From Histomonas meleagridis 2922-C6/04-290x (taxonomy: Eukaryota; Protista; Parabasalia): a DNA stretch of 64,000 nt. Shown here piece after piece: positions 55,819-64,000 of this stretch. Location: contig JAANOX010000253.1 in NCBI GenBank assembly GCA_020184695.1, positions 1 through 64,000 on the forward strand, in the 5' to 3' direction. A program made the translations under genes and the position numbers. The notes below the pieces were generated by a model, which worked only from the letters and a program-made list of their open reading frames with translations, did not search any database and was not told the origin of the DNA. Numbering within the stretch: the stretch's first letter is position 1; every line of letters starts with the position of its first letter.

Positions 55819-57778
55819 TCATAATTTAATATTAAATCCTGGATCAAAAAATTTAAACAATTTCCAAATATTATTTAAAAATATAAATATAAAAAATAAA
55901 TATTTTTAGTATTAACATCTATTCCTATTTGTTTAGAAAGCAATTTAACTATTTCTATATGACCATATTCAGATGCTAATGTGAGTGCTGTATCAAATAA
56001 TTTAAATAATTTCCAAATATTATTTAAAAATATAAAATAAATTAAACAAAATATAAATATAAAAAATAAATATTTTTAGTATTAACATCTATTCCTTCTC
56101 GTTTAGAAAGCAATTTAACTATTTCTATATGACCATATCTAGATGCTAATGTGAGTGCTGTATCAAATAAATTAAATAATTTCCGAAAAAAGTTTTGAAA
56201 TCAAATATTATTAAAATGAATATTCAACAAAATAAATAAATATCTTTAGCATTAATGTCAATTCCTTCTTGATAAATCATTAATTTAACTATTTCTATAT
56301 GACCATTTGAAGATGCCTTTATAAATGCTGTTTTAAATATTTTATATTATTTCCAAATTTTATTTTGAAATATCAAATCACTAAAACAAATATAAAATGA
56401 AGTAAACAAACATCTTTATTATTAATATTAACTCCTTTTTGCTCAAGAAGCAATTTAACTATTTCTGTATAACCTTTTTCAGATGCTATGATAAGTGCTG
56501 TTTTAAATAAATGAAATAATTTCCAAATATTATTTTGAAATATAAAATTTCTAAAATAAATTCTAAATATTATAAAAGAATATCAATATAATTGATAATA
56601 GTTCCTTTTTGTTCAAGAAGCAGTTTGACTATTTCGGTATGTCCACCATAAGATGCTAACATAAGTGAAGTATTAAATAAATTAAATAATTTCCAAATGT
56701 TATTTCGAAATTCCAAACTATTAAAATAATTTCTAAGCAATACAAATTAATATTTTTAGCATTAATATCAATTCCTTTTTGTTGAAGAAGTAAGTTAACT
56801 ATTTCTGTATGACCTTTTTCAGATGCCTTCATAAGTGCTGTATTAAATAATTTACATAATTTCCAAATATTATTTTGAAATATAAAATTAACAAATTAAA
56901 TATAAAATAAAATTAAAAAATATCTTTAACATTAATGTCAATTCCTATTTGTTGAAGGAGTATTTTGACTATTTCGGTATTTCCACTATAAGATGCTAAC
57001 ATAAGTGCTGTATTAAATATTTTAAATAATTTCCAAATATTGTTTTAAAATTTCAAATTATCAAATTAAGTTATGAATGAGACAAATAAATACCTTTAGT
57101 ATTAACATATATTTCTTTATGTTTAAGAAGTAATTTGACTATTTCTATGTTTCCATTTTGTACTGAAAAGATAAGTGCTGTTTTAAATTTTTGAAACTAT
57201 TTCCATTTAATATTTTGAAAAATTAAATTGTCAAAACAAACAACAAAACGAAAAAATAAACTCCAATAACATTAACAGATATATCTTTTTGTTCAAGAAG
57301 CATTTTAGCTATTTCTGTATTGCTTTTTTGAGCTGACAATATAAGTGCTGTATTTTACAATTCAAATAAATTCCAAAAATTATAGCAAAATATTAAAAAA
57401 TCATTGAAATAAATTTTGTATATAATATAATTAACATTTTTTGAATTAATTTTAATTCCTTCTTGCTCAAGAAGAATTTTGACTATTTCTATGTGATTAT
57501 AAAAAGAAGCAAACATAAGTGCTGTTTTAAATAATCTTAAAAGTTTCCAAAAATTATTATGAAACATTAAGATATTTCAAAAGATTTTAGAAGATTTTAA
57601 TTAATATTTTTAGCATTGATGTTAATTCCCTCTTGTTGAAGAAGTAATTTAACTACTTCTGTATAACCAAAAATTGATGCAAACATAAGTGGCGTTTTCA
57701 ATAAATTGAGCAAACTCCAAAAATTATTTTTTAAATCCAAATTATTGATGTAAAAATAGTATAAAACAAATAAATATT
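55819..57778 (-). repeat. Tandem array D: ankyrin block + spacer, 12 spacers
   Basis: 83-nt spacers at 57696-57778, 57526-57608, 57182-57264, 57012-57094, 56842-56924, 56672-56754, 56502-56584, 56332-56414, 56162-56244 and 55992-56074. One is 87 nt (57352-57438) and one 62 nt (55843-55904). Confidence 0.88.
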
Positions 57779-58996
57779 TTTTGTATTTATATCAATACAT
57801 TTTTGCTCAAGTATAAATTTAACAAGTTCAATATTCTCAGATTCTATAGATGATATTAATATATTTTTAGGATATTGATCTTTATGAAATAAACATTTAA
57901 TAAGATATAAATTACCATTTCTTGCTAAATCATTGATAAATTTATGCCTAATTTTGATTTTCTTATCTTTCAAAAATGAAAAAATTTCATAATTTCCATA
58001 ATTACTACAAACATTAATTAATTTATTTGCTTTTTCTAATTTATTCTCTATGTTCTTTTCGTAAAAATATTTAAAGATATCATTACGATGAAATTTAATT
58101 GCTGTTTCACATGCAGCTTCGAATGATGAATGGTTTTGTTCACATAAATGAATGATTTCTTCATTTCCTCCTGCGATTGCATATTTGCCTGTATTTTCCA
58201 CATTTGCTCCATTCACAAGTAAATATTTGAAACATTTAACAGAAGAAAAAAATGCTGAATAATCAATTAATGTAACATTTTTTTGATTAATAAAATCATA
58301 TCTTTCATAAAGTGATGGTTCAATTGATTGGTTAAAATCAAAATTACTTTGCGAAGATATTTCTTGAAGTTTTTCGATCTCATCATTTCGTATTATTTTA
58401 GCAATTTCATTAGGATTAACTCCTTCTTTAATTAATTGCTTATGAAGTTCCCAATCATTCTTTGAAAGTTCTTCTATGTTCTTCAAGAAGGGTTTACAAA
58501 AAAGGTCATTAAAATATTTCTTTTTATTTTCTTTTTTAGTTTTATAATGAGCAAAATATATCGATTTAATGTTTTTTGTAATGTTTGAATCAATTAATTT
58601 TAATTCAATCATTTTCTCAATTAGATAGAATGCTTCTTGTGTTTTGATTTTCGATAAGTATTTTGCAAAAACTTCAATGATTTTTGAATTATTTAATTCT
58701 TGCTCTTTTATTTGAATTATTTCTAAATAATTTAAATATATTTCAACTTCATTCTTTTTAGAGTAAAATAAAGAGTAAATCAAATTGCAGATTATCAGAT
58801 TAAATGAATATGGGAAATTAGTATCAAATAAATTCATTGTTTTTTGAATTGCCAAATCTAGATTTTCTTCAATTGAATGGAATACAATTTGTTCAATTAT
58901 GGCAGGCAATTCCATTTTTATGAAGGGGAAACTTGACTTTTCTTCTCTCGAAAAATTTAAGAGATTTTTAATCATGTGTCCGATAGATAATGTCAT
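55819..58996 (-). CDS. DUF3447-type ankyrin-repeat protein, paralog D; first ORF 57731-58996 (likely start MELP at 58915), then 11 full ankyrin blocks and a short terminal PGFNIKL*
   Basis: Same N-terminal domain and stop-free ankyrin blocks. The joined model assumes spacer removal. Confidence 0.7.
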
Positions 58997-60887
58997 TAAT
59001 ATTTTTTAACTTTTTGTTTATTTCTAGGTTGGCATTTCCATATTAAGTAAATTTATTCTGATTGTTCTCACATTGCATAATATGACAATCGTTTCATACA
59101 CTAGAATCAAAAAACATCTCATGAAATTCATTATGAAGTACATCAAAATAAAGAATATTTTAGCAAAACAAATAATCCGAAAATCTTAATTCTTTTTTAC
59201 AAAATACAATGAAAAGCGAGCCAAACCAAACCAGCAATCACCTTGTATGCATACACATAATTTTCAAAAAATATATTAAGAATTCTTTCAAAGCTCCTTT
59301 TCATAATCAAAATCTTTCTCGTGAATATCAATAACATTTGAAACGGCATTTTGAAACGAGCACTTGTTAATTGTGAGTCCTGAAACGTCTTGAAATATTG
59401 GATATACAAATCTAGAAAAACGAGAATTTATGACAGTAGGAAGGTAGCGATTGCCTTTGAAAGCAATGTGCTTAAATGAAAAATCTTGGTAAAGATGTGC
59501 AATTAAGACATTTAAGAAGATATGTGCCATAAAAGTACTAAATTAATTGTTGACGGTTTTGATATCTGTAAAAAGAATTTCAAAAATTTTGTTTTGGCAG
59601 AAATTATTCAAAGAAAATATTATGTCATATTATTTCGAATTACAATATTGGGAATCAAAAAACAAAAAGCGAAAATTCAGAGCAAAGGCTCAAGCAAAAG
59701 CGAGCTTGGGCTGTGTAGTCGCGAGTCTATAAGTACGGAAACATACAATATAATTAAAGATGTACTGATGAGAGAATCTGTGCTCAGAAACGAACTGACC
59801 AAAGAAGAGGCGGTGCAGCTCGCGCCGGAACAAAAGTCTGAAATTGAGCCAATATATGATTTCTTGACTAACGTCGGGCGGATAAAAAGTTAATTTTTGT
59901 AGTTTTTTAATTCATTTCCATATAAAATATTTCAAGTTAATCATAAGGGCATCTGCAGCCCAATGATTAAAACATTTGTTTATTTTTTTTGGCAAATTTA
60001 AATAAAGCATTCATTTTGGATGAAGCTGTTTTCAAAATTGTGAATTGGAATATGAATTAGGTACATTCGTTGTTTAGATTCCTTTTGCACAAATTTTAAA
60101 ATGTGATAAAAAATTATGAAATTGATCTAGAAGAAATTTTTAACAATCTTTTAACAAGAATCGCTGAAGTACAATAGTACTTAAAGATATTGAGAAAAAT
60201 GATTAATCATAAAATTTTATATGAAAGATATTTTTTTTAATATATTTGTATAATTCTAATGTTATCATATTTTTTAATAACTTATAATATTATATACAAT
60301 GAATTTGTTAAATATGATGTTACATCTTATAATCTATATATAAAAATAAAATATTTAATAAATGTTATACACAATGAAAATGCAATATATAAATATGTTA
60401 TGCATGATGTTATATACAGATATATTATACATAAATATTTTGTATATGATGTTATATATAATAATGATGTAATAAAATTGTGGTATGCTTGTTGTTGAAA
60501 CCTTCTGCACGAATCTTCATTTAAATGAAGTTGATTAACTTGTTGCAAAAGTGGAAAGAATTTTTGAAAAATATTATTAACAAATACATAAGCTGTATTA
60601 CGAATACCTAAAATAATAATAATAAATAAAGTGCAAGTTGCCTCAAAATATTTTAGGCTTTCAAACATTTTACTTACATGATGAAAACTTATAATGAAAT
60701 TTACACAATCAATGATATCACAAAGATTTTTATATTGTTCAGGAACCCCATTCCAGAAATTAACACTTTAATTTGTATTCGACGTTTATTTCCGCATATC
60801 GGCGGCCTAGCTTGTATTTGAGATGAAAACGATTATGTAAACCATACATTACATTATCAATGAATTGACACAAAAGTGGCATTTCAT

Positions 60888-63800
60888 ATGGAATCTCAAG
60901 CAAAAAGCGAAATTCATAAAAACGAATTCGTTTCCCGGGAAACATTACAATATATTAAGAATTTAATATTCAATTTAAACAAAGAAAATATCATTCAATC
61001 TTCAAAATTAATTATAAGTAAATTTGATGATATTTATCCATTATCTTTTAATTTAATTATTGTTAGGATTACATATACAATTACTCTCATACGAATGAAA
61101 GATATTGATTTATATTTGGATTTTCTTAAAGAAATAAAAAAACTAGAAATGAACATTCATCAAGAAATTGATATTTTTGATATATATGGACATTTTCTTG
61201 TTTGTAAAAATACACAAGAATCATATTATCTTCTTGCAGAAATGATTGAAGATAATTTACTTGATAAAAAAATCATTCAAAATATAAAACATTCATATGA
61301 TTCTAAAGGATACTTTGTGCAATACATGCCAAATGAAACAATTAAAGAATTAGGGGATTATAAATTTACTGAATATATTCAAAAAAATTATGAAGGATTA
61401 TCAAAGAATGATTGGGAACTTCATAAGAAATTAATTAAAGAAGGACATAATCCAAATGAAATTGCAAAAATAATTCGAAATGATGATATAGAAAAACTTC
61501 AAGAAATATCATCACAAACAAATTTTGATTTTAATCAAACAATTGAACCATCACTTTATGAAAGATGTTCATTTATTAATAAAGATAATGTTACATTAAT
61601 TAATTATGCAGCATTTTTTGGATCAGTTAAATGTTTTAAATATTTACTTATGAATAATGCAAAAGTAGAAAACACAGGTAAATATTCAATTGCAGGTGGA
61701 AATATAGAAATCATTCATTTATGTGAACAAAATCATTCATCATTTAATAATACATATGAAACAGCAATAGAATTTCATCGAAATGATATCTTTAAATATC
61801 TTTATGAGAATAAATTAGAAAAAATACAATCAATGCATAAAATGTCTGAAGATACAAATGATTTGGTAAGTTTTTGTATCAAAAAAGATAATTATGATAT
61901 TTTATCATTTTTGGAAGAAAAAGGAATTAATGTTAATGCTAATAATATAAATGAATCAGCAAGAAATGGAAATTTATATCTCGTTCAATATTTTCTTCAA
62001 AATAATCAAATTCCAAAAAATATTTTGCCATTTGCTTCAGAATCAGGAAATATTGAACTTGTAAAATATATTTTAGAACAAAAAGGAATCGATGTTAATG
62101 CTAAAAATATTCATTTAAATAATTTGGATTATGTTTTAATAATTTAGAATATGTTTTAATCATTTGAAACAGCACTTCATATAGCAGTTAAAAATAATAA
62201 TATAGAAATAGTAAAATTACTTTTAGATAAAGGAATTGATGTTAATGCAAAAAATATTCATTTGAATAATTTGGAATATGTTTTAATAATTTTTAATATG
62301 TTTTAATAATTTGTAATATGTTTTAATGATTTGAAACAGCACTTCATATAGCAGTTAGAAATAATAATATAGAAATAGTAAAATTACTTTTAGATAAAGG
62401 AATTGATGTTAATGCAAAAAATATTCATTTGAATAATTTGGAATATGTTTTAATAATTTGTAATATGTTTTAATCATTTGAAACAGCACTTCATATAGCA
62501 GTTAGAAATAATAATATAGAAATAGTAAAATTACTTTTAGATAAAGGAATTGATGTTAATGCAAAATATATTCATTTGAATAATTTGGAATATGTTTTAA
62601 TAATTTGGAATATGTTTTAATCATTTGGAACAGCACTTCATATAGCAGTTAGAAATAATAATATAGAAATAGTAAAATTACTTTTAGATAAAGAAGGAAT
62701 TGATGTTAATGCAAAAAATATTCATTTGAATAATTTGGAATATGTTTTAATAATTTTATATATGCTTTAATAACTTAAAATATGTTTTAATCATTTGAAA
62801 CAGCACTTCATATAGCAGTTAGAAATAATAATATAGAAATAGTAAAATTACTTTTAGATAAAGGAATTGATGTTAATGCAAAATATATTCATTTGAATAA
62901 TTTGGATTATGTTTTAATAATTTAGAATATGTTTTAATCATTTGAAACAGCACTTCATATAGCAGTTAGAAATAATAATATAGAAATAGTAAAATTACTT
63001 TTAGATAAAGGAATTGATGTTAATGCAAAAAATATTCATTTGAATAATTTGGAATATGTTTTAATAATTTTTAATATGTTTTAATAATTTGTAATATGTT
63101 TTAATCATTTGAAACAGCACTTCATATAGCAGTTAAAAATAATAATATAGAAATAGTAAAATTACTTTTAGATAAAGGAATTGATGTTAATGCAAAAAAT
63201 ATTCATTTGAATAATTTGTAATATGTTTTAATAATTTGGAATATGTTTTAATCATTTGGAACAGCACTTCATATAGCAGTTAAAAATAATAATATAGAAA
63301 TAGTAAAATTACTTTTAGATAAAGGAATTGATGTTAATGCAAAATATATTCATTTGAATAATTTGGAATATGTTTTAATGATTTGAAACAGCACTTCATA
63401 TAGCAGTTAAAAATAATAATATAGAAATAGTAAAATTACTTTTAGATAAAGGAATTGATGTTAATGCAAAATATATTCATTTGAATAATTTGGAATATGT
63501 TTTAATAATTTGTAATATGTTTTAATCATTTGAAACAGCACTTCATATAGCAGTTAGAAATAATAATATAGAAATAGTAAAATTACTTTTAGATAAAGGA
63601 ATTGATGTTAATGCAAAAAATATTCATTTGAATAATTTGTAATATGTTTTAATAATTTGGAATATGTTTTAATCATTTGGAACAGCACTTCATATAGCAG
63701 TTAAAAAAATAATAATATAGAAATAGTAAAATTACTTTTAGATAAAGGAATTGATGTTAATGCAAAAAATATGTTTTAATAATTTGTAATATGTTTTAAT

Positions 63801-64000
63801 CATTTGAAACAGCACTTCATATAGCAGTTAGAAATAATAATATAGAAATAGTAAAATTACTTTTAGATAAAGGAATTGATGTTAATGCAAAAAATATTCA
63901 TTTGAATAATTTGGAATATGTTTTAATAATTTGGAATATGTTTTAATCATTTGGAACAGCACTTCATATAGCAGTTAAAAATAATAATATAGAAATAGTA
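60888..64000 (+). CDS. DUF3447-type ankyrin-repeat protein, paralog E; first ORF to 62147, then >=13 near-identical ankyrin blocks running off the window
   Basis: Start MESQAK at 60888, preceded by an Inr-like TCAT. Same N-terminal domain. Blocks read TALHIAV(K/R)NNNIEIVKLLLDKGIDVNAK. Confidence 0.7.
62106..64000 (+). repeat. Tandem array E: homogenised 84-nt ankyrin block + spacer containing a 20-nt minisatellite (AATAATTTGGAATATGTTTT)n
   Basis: Spacer lengths in order are 63, 83, 63, 63, 83, 63, 83, 63, 43, 63, 63, 41 and 63 nt. Confidence 0.92.

Noticed and set aside
59197-59900. Short overlapping ORFs, possibly a decayed mobile element
   Set aside because: No recognisable transposase motif, TIR or TSD, so no call can be supported.
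60260-60480. Recurring ATGATGTTAT-like words
   Set aside because: Low-complexity, irregular spacing and no coding or structural pattern.
62106-62168. Ciliate-like TA-bounded IES, or deletion between the direct repeats (TCATTTGAA / TATTT) at the spacer ends
   Set aside because: Excision at the repeats retains 14 nt, one short of restoring frame. It is kept only as a remote alternative.
15995-64000. Stop-codon reassignment as the explanation for stops in spacers
   Set aside because: All other genes are long open ORFs ending at TAA/TGA, and 83-nt spacers shift the frame regardless of code.
62106-64000. CRISPR-like repeat/spacer appearance of array E
   Set aside because: The repeats are ankyrin-coding, the spacers are mutually homologous minisatellites rather than unique, there are no cas genes, and the context is eukaryotic.

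Overview
This is a very AT-rich eukaryotic window with the standard genetic code and long uninterrupted ORFs. Its gene content (BspA-like LRR surface protein, DUF3447-type ankyrin proteins, BEACH protein, Rab, Maverick/Mutator/mariner debris, laterally acquired GH32) points to a parabasalid (Trichomonas/Tritrichomonas-like). Bases 1-9.3 kb are a transposon graveyard: a Maverick-like end, pogo/mariner/Mutator/MULE fragments and a USP pseudogene next to a ~920-nt (AAT)n tract. The rest is mostly housekeeping and surface-protein genes. The outstanding feature is five paralogous DUF3447-ankyrin genes whose ankyrin arrays are interrupted in every repeat, at the same position (beta-hairpin, between ...DINAK and TAL...), by an AT-rich intervening sequence. 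In the four minus-strand arrays 32 of 38 spacers are exactly 83 nt by hand count despite strong sequence divergence. They carry stops in both the entry and exit frames, and lack GT-AG ends and the parabasalid branch-point motif. The ankyrin-coding blocks stay stop-free (two small homopolymer-type indels aside), and three of the four complete arrays end in a normal half-repeat plus stop. The spacers are built of degenerate 20-nt units (n x 20 + 3 nt; 43/63/83 nt in the fifth array). This looks like an undescribed class of non-canonical intron or bypassed element with one ankyrin repeat per exon. It needs RNA or peptide evidence, and pseudogenised tandem arrays remain the null hypothesis.
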